Below, piece after piece: positions 27,369-36,908 of a stretch of DNA of 64,000 nt. Each line of letters opens with the position of its first letter. Position 1 is the first letter of the stretch. Location: positions 1 through 64,000 of the IMG/VR virus record IMGVR_UViG_3300035520_000607; one strand, 5' to 3'. The notes under the pieces are model-generated. The model ran no database searches. It saw nothing but the letters and a program-made list of their open reading frames with translations, and was not told the origin of the DNA. This DNA is from a virus (lineage: Duplodnaviria > Caudoviricetes). The translations under genes and the position numbers were made by a program.

Positions 27369-27878
27369 ATGATAGAAATCTATGTTGATGGAAGCTGTAG
27401 CGGAAATGGTAAAGAAAATAATTGCGGCGGCGCTGGTGTATGCGTGTTAGTTCCCGATCAACGATTTTTAAGCGGTTTCCGCCTAAACTATATATGGAGC
27501 ACTAGAGAAAAAAATACTACTAATAACCGCATGGAACTTACTGCATTGCTTTATGCTCTTGAACAAACTCAAACTATATATAAAGAGGAACAATGTATTA
27601 TAAAGTCAGACTCTGCATACTGCGTAAATATATTTAATGAGTGGATTTATTCTTGGGCTAACAATGGATGGGTTCGTGCGGGGAATAAAGAAATAGAAAA
27701 TTTAGATTTGATAAAGCAGTTATATAAATATGCTACTATTGATTTTTCTAATTGTAATTTTTCTGTTGAAAGAGTATCTGGACATAAAGGTTTATTGGGA
27801 AATGAAATTGCAGATGCATTAGCTACAGCGAATCAAGCAAAATTAGATAAGATTTTAAAAGAAAACGATCTCACTTAG
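27369..27878 (+). CDS. rnhA: Ribonuclease HI
   Basis: YVDGSC.GNG, TTNNRMEL.A, SDSAY, N.DL, V.GH...GNEIADALA. Confidence 0.92.
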   Translation: MIEIYVDGSCSGNGKENNCGGAGVCVLVPDQRFLSGFRLNYIWSTREKNTTNNRMELTALLYALEQTQTIYKEEQCIIKSDSAYCVNIFNEWIYSWANNGWVRAGNKEIENLDLIKQLYKYATIDFSNCNFSVERVSGHKGLLGNEIADALATANQAKLDKILKENDLT

Positions 27879-27959
27879 GTTTTTGAGATTATTTTTGACA
27901 TACAATAAAAATTATGATATAATTATCTTAGATAAAAATGTGAAAGGAGAAAAGAAATA

Positions 27960-29858
27960 ATGAATAATAGTTATGAAGCTAATAGTATAAAAACATTAGA
28001 TTACTTTGAGCATATTCGTCAATACCCTGGAATGTATATTGGCTCTAAAGATTTACAAGGTCTTCATCATTGTGCAAAAGAAATTATTTCAAATAGTATT
28101 GATGAATATCTTAATGGAGCTGGAGATACAATTATTATTAAGATTCAACAAGATGGTGGATTATATATAAAAGATAATGGTAGAGGTATTCCTCATGGAA
28201 AACACGAAAGTGGATGTAGTACTCTCCAAGCTTGTTATGGAATAGCAAATACTGGAGGGAAGTTTGATAACGCAACTGGTCAAACTGGGTATAACACTTC
28301 TGGAGGAGAACATGGAACAGGTGGAAAAGCTGTTAATGCTTTGTCTAAAAAAATGATTGTTTCTACTTCAAGAGATGGAGTTAAAGAAGTGGTTGAGTTC
28401 TCAAAAGGAAAATTTATTAGCTATAGAACAGAAGGTACTACTGAAACAGGAGTAGAAGTTCTATTTTATCCTGATGAAACTATTTTTGAAACTGTAAAAT
28501 TTGATAGTGATAAATTAAAAAATATGATACAAGAGTTTAGTTTCTTATGTACTGGTTTAACTTTTCATTTTATAGATGAGAATAAAAGTATAAATGAAGT
28601 ATTCTATTCTAGTCAAGGATTATATGACTATCTTAATTATTTAAGTAAAGGAGAAGATCTTCTTACAAACCCTATTTATTTTTCTGAAAAAGAAGGTAGT
28701 TTTCAAGTAGAAGTAGCTTTAGCTTACACAAAGTCTTATAGTAATTTAGTAAAATTATATACTAATAACATACCTCAAGAAAAAGGTACTCATTTAACTG
28801 GCTTCAAAACTGCTTTTACTCAAGTTTTTAATCAATTTGCAAAAGACAAAAAATGGTTAAAAGATTCTGAATCAAATCTAACAGGTGGGGATTTAGAAGA
28901 AGGACAAATTCTTATTATTAACTTTAAGATGATAGATCCAGTTTTTAAAGGTCAAAATAAAGAAGAATTAAGTTCATCTGAAGGAAGGACTTATGTTCAA
29001 AGATTATCTGCAAATGCTTTAAAAGAATATTTTATAGCACATGAAAAAGAAATCAAAATAATATTTGATAAAGCGATCGCCGCACGTAAAGCAAGAGAAG
29101 CTGCAAAAAAAGCTAGAGATATTGTAAGAAATAGCGGTAAAAAAGAAAAAGGCTTAAAAGCAAAAATGCAATTAAGTGATAAATTTATAGATTGTAAAAG
29201 TAAAAATCCAGAAGAGAGAAATCTGTTATTAGTCGAAGGGTTGTCAGCAGGGTCTAGTGCAATAGAAGCAAGAAACGTAAATACTGATTGCATCTATATG
29301 CTAAGAGGTAAAACTATTTCACCTTTAAAAACTGCAATAGATAAAATATTGGCTAATCAAGAGATGTCAGATATAATTAAAGTTATAGGTGCGGGATTCA
29401 ATCAAGATTTTGATGTTAATAAAATGAATTTTGATAAAATAGTTATTACATCAGACCAAGATTCAGATGGATTAGATATAGAACTTTTATTAATAACATT
29501 CTTTTATACTTATATGCGTCCATTAGTTGAAGCAGGAAAACTTTATAGGGCGGTAACTCCTTTATATATAGTAAAGCAAAAAAATGAAGATATTTATTTT
29601 TATACAGATAATGAATATGCGGAATGGGCTAAAACTGCAAGCGGAAAAGAGGAGGTCCTAAGAGCGAAAGGTCTAGGAGAATTGAGCGCAGAGCAACTTC
29701 ATAAAGTTTGTTTTGAAAATCAAAGATTTAAAAGAATAACAATATCTGACGCAGAAAAGACTAGTGAATTGTTAGAAATATTAATGGGAAAGAAAATTGA
29801 ACCAAGAAAACAATATATTTATGATAATGCAACAGAATTAGGATTTAATTTTATGTAG
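27960..29858 (+). CDS. gyrB: DNA gyrase subunit B (type IIA topoisomerase)
   Basis: PGMYIG, EIISNSIDE, DNGRGIP, VEGLSA, LRGK, DQDSDG, KGLGE. Confidence 0.93.
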   Translation: MNNSYEANSIKTLDYFEHIRQYPGMYIGSKDLQGLHHCAKEIISNSIDEYLNGAGDTIIIKIQQDGGLYIKDNGRGIPHGKHESGCSTLQACYGIANTGGKFDNATGQTGYNTSGGEHGTGGKAVNALSKKMIVSTSRDGVKEVVEFSKGKFISYRTEGTTETGVEVLFYPDETIFETVKFDSDKLKNMIQEFSFLCTGLTFHFIDENKSINEVFYSSQGLYDYLNYLSKGEDLLTNPIYFSEKEGSFQVEVALAYTKSYSNLVKLYTNNIPQEKGTHLTGFKTAFTQVFNQFAKDKKWLKDSESNLTGGDLEEGQILIINFKMIDPVFKGQNKEELSSSEGRTYVQRLSANALKEYFIAHEKEIKIIFDKAIAARKAREAAKKARDIVRNSGKKEKGLKAKMQLSDKFIDCKSKNPEERNLLLVEGLSAGSSAIEARNVNTDCIYMLRGKTISPLKTAIDKILANQEMSDIIKVIGAGFNQDFDVNKMNFDKIVITSDQDSDGLDIELLLITFFYTYMRPLVEAGKLYRAVTPLYIVKQKNEDIYFYTDNEYAEWAKTASGKEEVLRAKGLGELSAEQLHKVCFENQRFKRITISDAEKTSELLEILMGKKIEPRKQYIYDNATELGFNFM

Positions 29859-29876
29859 TAGGAAAGGAGAGTTGAA

Positions 29877-32261
29877 ATGGAAAATTTAATAACAGAAGTA
29901 GATATATTAGATGAAAGTAAAGATTGCTTTCTTACTTACGCAGAGGAAGTTCTGACGGACAGAGCGATTCCCTCAGCCGAAGATGGACTATTAAGTGTTC
30001 ATAGAAAAATACTTTGGACTCTTGAAGATTTATTAAAAATGAATAACAAATCTAAGACTAAGAAAAGTGCAAGTATCGTAGGGTCTACACTAGCTTCATC
30101 TTACTTCCATGGAGATGCTAGTTGTTATGGAGCCTTATGTAAAATGGCACAACCATATTTGATGAGATATCCTCTAATTGAAGGACAAGGTTCTCTTGGA
30201 ACTCAAGAGGCAAATGGAATGCAAGCTTCAAGCAGATATACCGAGGCCAAGCCATCACAATATGCAGATTTAATGATGAATGATTTTAAGAAAAATGTAG
30301 TACCAACAGTAGAAACATATAATGGAGAATATATGGAACCTGTAGTTCTTCCATCTATTTTTCCTAATGCTATTGTAAATGGTAGGGAGGCAATAGGCAT
30401 CTCTATGTCTCACAATAGTTTACCTGCAAATTTAACTGAAGTATGCGATGGTATTGTAGCTTTTATCAAGAGTAGTGAAAATATTACTTTAGATGAGCTT
30501 ATGTCTCATATAAAAGGACCTGACTTCCCTCTTGGGGGAACAGTTATTAACAGTAGAGATATTAAAGAAGCTTATAGAACAGGTCATTCTAAAGTATCCT
30601 TAAAAGTTCGCGGAGACTATGAGATAAAAGGACAAGATATTATATTTACATCTATTCCATATAGAACATATAGAAATAAGATAAAAGAGCAAATAACTAA
30701 GAATATTGATGAATTAGATGGCGTTATTGAAGATTTTAATGATGAATCTAGTTTAGGTAATAATAGATTAATATTCACTGTTAAAAAAGGTGTTAATCCT
30801 GAGAATGCGGTAAATAAATTATTTGCTTATACTGATTTACAAACTACATTATCTTATAATATGAATTTTATAGTTAATGGAACTCCTAAATTGTGTTCAT
30901 TAATAGATTTAATAAAAGCATATGTTAATCATCAAAATAATGTTATGATTAAAGCTGCGGAATTTGATAAAGAGAAGGCAGAAGCTAGAGCTCACATATT
31001 AGAAGGTCTATTACTTGCAGTAGATAAAATTGATGAAGTTATAAAAATAATTAAGAGTTCTGAAAATAAGGCAACTGCCGCGCAATCATTAATGTCATTC
31101 TTATCTATTGATGAAATCCAAGCTAATGCAATCTTAGATATGAAGTTAGCAAGATTAACTAAAATAAATAAACAAGAATTAGTTGATGAACTAAAAGAGA
31201 AAAAAGAAGAAATAATTGAATGTAACAAAATAATCAATGAAAAAGAGTATAGAGATATTAAATTAATATCAAAAATTGAAGAAATGAAGAAAAAATATGG
31301 AGATGCAAGAAGAACTAAATTATTAGATATTGAAATACCAAAAGAAGATAAAGAAATAGTTGCGGTAACGCCTGAAGATGTTGTAGTTGTATTATCTCAA
31401 ACTGGCGATATTAAAAGAATAGCTAAGTCTAGCTTCAGAGTTCAAAGAAAAGGCGGCAAGGGCGTTAAATCTGAAGATGAGGCTGTACTAGCGACTATAA
31501 AGACTAATACTATTGATAATTTGTTAGTGTTTACTAACAAAGGAAAAATGTATAAATTATTAGTAGATAATATTCCAGTTGGGACTAATGCATCAAAAGG
31601 TTCTAATATTAGTAGTTTGATTAATATAGAATCAGATGAAAAAGTAATTGCAATAACTAATTTAGCAAGAGAAAATAATGCAAAATATGTTGTATTTATT
31701 ACTAAGAAGGGTTTATGTAAAAAGACTTTATTAGAAGAATATACTCAAACTAAAAGAAGTACAGGTATTGCGGCAATTAAATTAAAAGATGGGGATAGTA
31801 TTGCAAATATTGAATTAATGGATGAAGAAGATATACTTATTATAACTAAGAAAGGTCAATCTATTCATTTTGAAACAAAAGATATTGCGGCAATAGGCAG
31901 AGCTACTAGTGGCGTTAAGGCTATTAAACTAGCTGATGACGACGAAGTATTAGTTGGATTACCTATTAAGAGTGATAATGATGTAGTTTCAGTATTCACC
32001 ACTTATGGGTATGGAAAGAAAACTAAAGTTGAAGAATTACCAGTACAAGGTAAAAATGGAAAAGGGTTAGCTATCTATAAGATTACTCCAAGTACAGGAG
32101 ATATAATAGGTGCGGAAATAATTACTGATGAAGATGATTTATTGTTAGTTGGTAAAAAATCTATATGTATTGCCGCAACTGATATTCCCTTAGTAGGAAG
32201 AACTGCTGTTGGAAATATTATGATAAAAGATGGACAAATTAGTTCAATAGTTAAAATATAG
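29877..32261 (+). CDS. gyrA: DNA gyrase subunit A
   Basis: DGL..VHR, FHGD, SRYTEA active-site Tyr, GPDFP, GyrA-box-like QRKGGKG, C-terminal pinwheel repeats. Confidence 0.93.
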   Translation: MENLITEVDILDESKDCFLTYAEEVLTDRAIPSAEDGLLSVHRKILWTLEDLLKMNNKSKTKKSASIVGSTLASSYFHGDASCYGALCKMAQPYLMRYPLIEGQGSLGTQEANGMQASSRYTEAKPSQYADLMMNDFKKNVVPTVETYNGEYMEPVVLPSIFPNAIVNGREAIGISMSHNSLPANLTEVCDGIVAFIKSSENITLDELMSHIKGPDFPLGGTVINSRDIKEAYRTGHSKVSLKVRGDYEIKGQDIIFTSIPYRTYRNKIKEQITKNIDELDGVIEDFNDESSLGNNRLIFTVKKGVNPENAVNKLFAYTDLQTTLSYNMNFIVNGTPKLCSLIDLIKAYVNHQNNVMIKAAEFDKEKAEARAHILEGLLLAVDKIDEVIKIIKSSENKATAAQSLMSFLSIDEIQANAILDMKLARLTKINKQELVDELKEKKEEIIECNKIINEKEYRDIKLISKIEEMKKKYGDARRTKLLDIEIPKEDKEIVAVTPEDVVVVLSQTGDIKRIAKSSFRVQRKGGKGVKSEDEAVLATIKTNTIDNLLVFTNKGKMYKLLVDNIPVGTNASKGSNISSLINIESDEKVIAITNLARENNAKYVVFITKKGLCKKTLLEEYTQTKRSTGIAAIKLKDGDSIANIELMDEEDILIITKKGQSIHFETKDIAAIGRATSGVKAIKLADDDEVLVGLPIKSDNDVVSVFTTYGYGKKTKVEELPVQGKNGKGLAIYKITPSTGDIIGAEIITDEDDLLLVGKKSICIAATDIPLVGRTAVGNIMIKDGQISSIVKI

Positions 32262-32270
32262 GAGAATAAT

Positions 32271-32555
32271 ATGAATTCAGAAAATCAAGATTATTATATT
32301 TTAGGAGATGATATATTTATAAAAAGAGATAAATTATCTGATGTAAGAAATATAACTATTCCTTTTGACGAATATAAAGAATTATTAGAGATAAAAGGTA
32401 GATATGAAGAATTAAAATCCATTAAACAAGTTCCTTATGAGGATATTAATTCATTTAAACCACCTTATAAAATAACTTGTTGTACTGATTTAGATACTTT
32501 TAATTGCTGCCATAATAGTATAAATACAGAAAATGTTTATAAAGAATACAAGTAA
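32271..32555 (+). CDS. Hypothetical protein
   Basis: ORF with AGGAG RBS. Confidence 0.6.
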   Translation: MNSENQDYYILGDDIFIKRDKLSDVRNITIPFDEYKELLEIKGRYEELKSIKQVPYEDINSFKPPYKITCCTDLDTFNCCHNSINTENVYKEYK

Positions 32556-32675
32556 TGCGGGAACCCGTTAACCGATCTTATGTCAAGGACTAAGATCGGA
32601 AGGCGACAGCCGCACTTTTTTATTTGACTTTTAAAAATTTTTGTGATATACTAAAGACAGAAAGAAGGTATTAGA

Positions 32676-32972
32676 ATGATGAATTATGTTTATTTAATAA
32701 TTGGAATTATCCTATTATTAGCCGCAATCTATTGTTTATTACAAATTAAATCAATAAGAGACAAAGCACAAGCACTATTCTTAGAAGCTGAAAAGAATAT
32801 AACTGAAGATAAACTACAATATGTATCAGAAAATCTTTATGACAGTTTACCTGCTATAGTTAGATTATTCTTAAATTACGAAGGCTTTGATGAAATAGTT
32901 CAAAAAATATATGATAAAACAAGAAGATTAGCTGAAGATATTTTATCTGATGGCAAATTCAACGGAAAGTAG
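32676..32972 (+). CDS. Putative holin
   Basis: N-terminal TM helix, LFLEAEK motif, directly upstream of endolysin. Confidence 0.6.
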   Translation: MMNYVYLIIGIILLLAAIYCLLQIKSIRDKAQALFLEAEKNITEDKLQYVSENLYDSLPAIVRLFLNYEGFDEIVQKIYDKTRRLAEDILSDGKFNGK

Positions 32973-32981
32973 GAAAATAAA

Positions 32982-33716
32982 GTGAAAGTAAAATTTATTG
33001 AAAGAACAAAAGCACCAACTAGTGATATTAACTGGTATGGAAAAGACAATGTAGCATTTAAAACTGCTTATAATATGTTTGAAAAACATGATGGCAAGTA
33101 TGGCAACTGTACTCATTATGCTATTGGTCGTTATCAAGAATTGCAAAATGCTGTTTCTAAATTTAAAGAAGAAAATGCTGATAAATTTTTAGATACTGCA
33201 AAAAAAGTTGGTTATCCAACTGGAAGTGAACCTAAATTAGGAGCGGTAATAGTTTGGAAACATACTACTAAAACTAATGGTCATGTTGGAGTTATTGAAA
33301 AAATATATGATAATGGAGACATTTTAGTAAGTATGAGTGGTTGGAAATCATTCTTATGGAAAACTAGAAAAGTTACAAAAAAGAGTGGATATGTTTACTC
33401 AGACTATAAGCTATTAGGTTTCATTTATTATAATGATATAGAATTCTATGAGGCTCTTACATACACTGGAGAATTCCCAGCATTACCAGGAACTTTAACA
33501 AAAAATTATATATCTAATGAAAAAAGTACTAAATCTGAAATTAAGAAATTACAACAATTCTTAAATTGGGCTAATGATGCTAGTTTAACTGTTGATGGTA
33601 TTATAGGAAATAAAACAACTCAACAAGTTAAAGATTTCCAAAACAAGGTTAATATAACTGCTGATGGTAAATTTGGGAAGAAATCCCTTGCAAAAGCAAA
33701 AGAATATGAAAAATAG
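32982..33716 (+). CDS. Endolysin: CHAP domain plus C-terminal peptidoglycan-binding domain
   Basis: NCTHYA.GR, PKLGAVIVW, GHVGVIE; LQQFLNW...VDGIIG.KT...VKDFQ...ADGKFG. Confidence 0.88.
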   Translation: MKVKFIERTKAPTSDINWYGKDNVAFKTAYNMFEKHDGKYGNCTHYAIGRYQELQNAVSKFKEENADKFLDTAKKVGYPTGSEPKLGAVIVWKHTTKTNGHVGVIEKIYDNGDILVSMSGWKSFLWKTRKVTKKSGYVYSDYKLLGFIYYNDIEFYEALTYTGEFPALPGTLTKNYISNEKSTKSEIKKLQQFLNWANDASLTVDGIIGNKTTQQVKDFQNKVNITADGKFGKKSLAKAKEYEK

Positions 33717-33803
33717 ACATATAAATGTCTATTTTTATTTTGATTATTGAGTTGACTTTTTGTTTTATTTATGTTATAATTATATTAATAAAGAGGTGTA
33801 AAA

Positions 33804-34955
33804 ATGATAGGAAATAAAAAATATTTTATTGACCAAATAAATTCATCTAAAGCATATAAAATGACTTGTTTATATCATTATTCAGGAGTCGGGTTTAAAA
33901 AAGCAATTTTAAATTTAGGAATTTTTAGAAGGTCAGATAATTTAATGGTAGGAGTTCTTCAATGGGGATGCTCCGCACAATCAAAAATAAAGTTAGATAG
34001 ATATGTAAAAGAGCCAATTAAGACAGAAGAATACTTAGAATTAAATCGTTTTTGTATGGCAGATTCAGAAGGCGCAAATGCGGAAAGTCAAGCTATATCA
34101 TTAGGAATAAAATGGATAAAGAAATACCGCCCTGATATTAGATTATTAGTATCATATGCAGGTCGTAAAGAAGGTAACTATGGTTATATTTATCAAGCAA
34201 CAAACTGGGAATATTTAGGTTATTTTATATCGCCAGGATTTTGGTCTGTTGATGGACATGAAAAACATTTAATTACTTTATGGTGTAATTATGATAGACA
34301 TAAAGAAGGAGAAGAAGGTTTTAATGAACATTTAATGAGAGTTTATCAAGATGTTAGACAAACTTGGACAAAACAATTTATTTATATTCAACGATTAGAT
34401 AATACTTTAACGCCAGCATCTGATATTCTTCCATACCCGAAACCCGCAAATGAGTATCCTATAAAAATAAAAGAAAAAATATTAAAACAAAATGATGAAA
34501 TATACAGCAATCCTTTACCTATTGAAAGAAAATATGTAGAATATTATTATGAAAAAGATAAATATTTATTTTCAAAAGCAACATTAAAAAGAAGAGGAGA
34601 AATAAAAACTCCATTAAAAATAGTTATGTATAATTGCTTTGGAGAATTAGAAAAAGAATATAATAATATTAAGGAAATAGATAGTAATGAATATAAAAAA
34701 GAGGGAATTAATAAAGCATTAAAAAATAATATAATATACAAAAATAAATATTTTAAATACTATTATGAGAATGAAGAGATAGATCAAGAGATTGAAGTCC
34801 CTTTTGTATGTCTAGTTGATGATATGCCATTTCCTACTTATGTACAGGCGGCAGCTTATCTTGGTGTAAGTAAACAAGCAGTACATCAAGCAGGTCAAAG
34901 AAAAGCAAAAAAAGTTGCAGGAAAAGAAGTTACTTGACCTGAAGAAGATAACTAA
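33804..34955 (+). CDS. Mom-family (GNAT-fold) DNA adenine modification protein with C-terminal HTH-like extension
   Basis: YHYS, LGIF, LELNRFCM, NAESQAIS, LLVSYA, GYIYQATNW.Y.G; ends 34937 if TGA is stop, 34955 if Trp. Confidence 0.8.
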
Positions 34956-35015
34956 TTTGATTTATTATATAAAATATTATATAATATTTATATAAAAGAG
35001 AAAGAAGAATGAAAA

Positions 35016-35411
35016 GTGAAAGTAATAACAGTATATAAATTATTAGGCTTAATAAAAGATAATAATGCTCCTAAAATAGTAAAAACACCTACATATATTT
35101 GGACATACGAGCCTACTATGCAAGACTATCTTTGTGAAACAAAAGGAGAATATCTAGTTGCTTATTTTAGAGACAATTATTATAACTGGTTGACTTGTCC
35201 TGTAGAGATAATAGACGATGCACCTGAAACTGAATTTGAAGATATTGAAGAAATAACCATAAATGAAAGTAATACAATCGGTTTTCCAAATGGAAAGTGG
35301 ACTGCGAGAAATATGGATAAAGCAATTTCATTACAAATAAATCAACTAATAAGAAATCAAAAGAAGATAATAGAAAAAATAAAGGAGTTAGAGAATGGCA
35401 CAAATTGTTAA
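35016..35411 (+). CDS. Hypothetical protein
   Basis: ORF with promoter. Confidence 0.65.
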   Translation: MKVITVYKLLGLIKDNNAPKIVKTPTYIWTYEPTMQDYLCETKGEYLVAYFRDNYYNWLTCPVEIIDDAPETEFEDIEEITINESNTIGFPNGKWTARNMDKAISLQINQLIRNQKKIIEKIKELENGTNC

Positions 35412-35778
35412 AGAAATAACCAATGATTATGATAGACAAAACAATAGAAGACAATTTCTATTTATGAGTCGTGGTCAAGGTAAAACAAATGCAATTATAG
35501 AAAAATTAATTAAAGAAAATAGAGAACTAAAATCTAAATTAGAAATGTATGAAAATGGAGCAATTTATTCTAGTAATGTAGATGAACTACAAGAAGAAAC
35601 ATCTAAATTAACCAAGCAATGGTTAAAATCTAAAGAAGAAAAAAGGGAATTACAAGATAGAATTGATAAGGTTATCAACTATATAGAAGATGGTTTTTTA
35701 GAAAATTGTACTGTTCCAATATATGATGTAAAACATGGTTTAGAAAATATATTACAAATATTGAAAGAAAATAAATAA
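35395..35778 (+). CDS. Hypothetical coiled-coil protein
   Basis: Overlapping ORF with AGGAG RBS. Confidence 0.6.
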   Translation: MAQIVKEITNDYDRQNNRRQFLFMSRGQGKTNAIIEKLIKENRELKSKLEMYENGAIYSSNVDELQEETSKLTKQWLKSKEEKRELQDRIDKVINYIEDGFLENCTVPIYDVKHGLENILQILKENK

Positions 35779-35807
35779 ATATGGATTTATGGAATAGGAG
35801 GGATAAA

Positions 35808-36023
35808 ATGCAAGCAATTAATGATAGTGAGCTAAGAGATCTAATTGAGAAAACAAACTACTATACTAGAGCCTATGATGAAGGTAACCCTGAGATTTCA
35901 GACCAAGAGTGGGATGATTTATACTTTAAATTAGTTCAATTAGAAAAAGATACTAATACATATTATGAAGATAGTCCTACTCAAAGAATTAATAAATTAA
36001 ATGGAGGAATATGACAAAGGTAA
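35808..36023 (+). pseudogene. Orphan N-terminal (domain Ia) fragment of NAD-dependent DNA ligase
   Basis: YY.RAYDEGNPEISDQEWDDLY..L..LEK...DSPTQRI, truncated by the endonuclease gene; GGAGG RBS. Confidence 0.75.
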
Positions 36024-36908
36024 TCGATTTAACAGGACAAAAATTTGGAAAATGAACTGTTATAAAAAAAGACTTAGATAGAACAAGTAGCAAAACTTAT
36101 TGGCTATGCAATTGTGATTGCGGAACTAAAAATGCTAGTGTTGAAAGTTGAAAATTAAGAAGCGGTAACTCTAAATCCTGTGGATGTTTAATGAGGACTC
36201 CAGATTTAAGAACTGGAGAAAAATTTGGATTATTGACAGTTATAAAAAAAAATTGATACTAAAAATTATTTATGCAAGTGTGAGTGCGGCAAAATAAAAA
36301 CTGTTACTAAAAGCCATTTGAAAAATGGACATACAAAGTCTTGTGGATGTTTGACTCGTAAAAAAAGTGAAGAAAAGATGCTTAACAAAAGATTTGGTAA
36401 ATTGACTGTTGTAAAAGATAGTGGAGAAAGGGATTATAAACAAAATATTTTATGAGAATGTCAATGCGATTGTGGAAATAAAGTTTTAGCAAATACTGAT
36501 ATTTTAAATAAAGGAGAAAAAATTTCTTGTGGATGCTTAAAGCAGTCTAAAGGAGAATATTTCATTGAAAGGATCTTAAAAGAAAATAATATAAAATATG
36601 AAAAAGAAAAATCTTTAATAAAAAACTACCCTTTATTAAGGTTTGATTTTTATATTAATAAGCAATACATTATTGAATTCGACGGGAAACAACACTTTCT
36701 TTGTAGTAATAATGGATGAAACAATAAAGAGCATTTTGAAAAAACTAGAAAAAATGATATTATAAAAAATAAATGATGCAAAGATAATAACATTCCACTT
36801 ATCAGGATACCATATACTCATTTAGAAGAGGTGTGTATAGAAGACTTATTATTAGAAACAAGTAAATTTATTTATAAAGGAGAAGAGTACTATGAAAGAA
36901 TTAATTAG
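36011..36908 (+). mobile_element. Free-standing endonuclease gene (CxCxCG/SCGC repeats plus Vsr/DUF559-like nuclease), 5 TGA=Trp and one frameshift at A9 run 36244-36252
   Basis: MTKVIDLTGQKFGK-W-TV...WLCNCDCG...SCGC x3; SKGE..I..IL, LRFDFYI, IEFDGKQH, DIIKNK-W-CKDNNIPLIRIPY; absent from ORF track. Confidence 0.8.
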
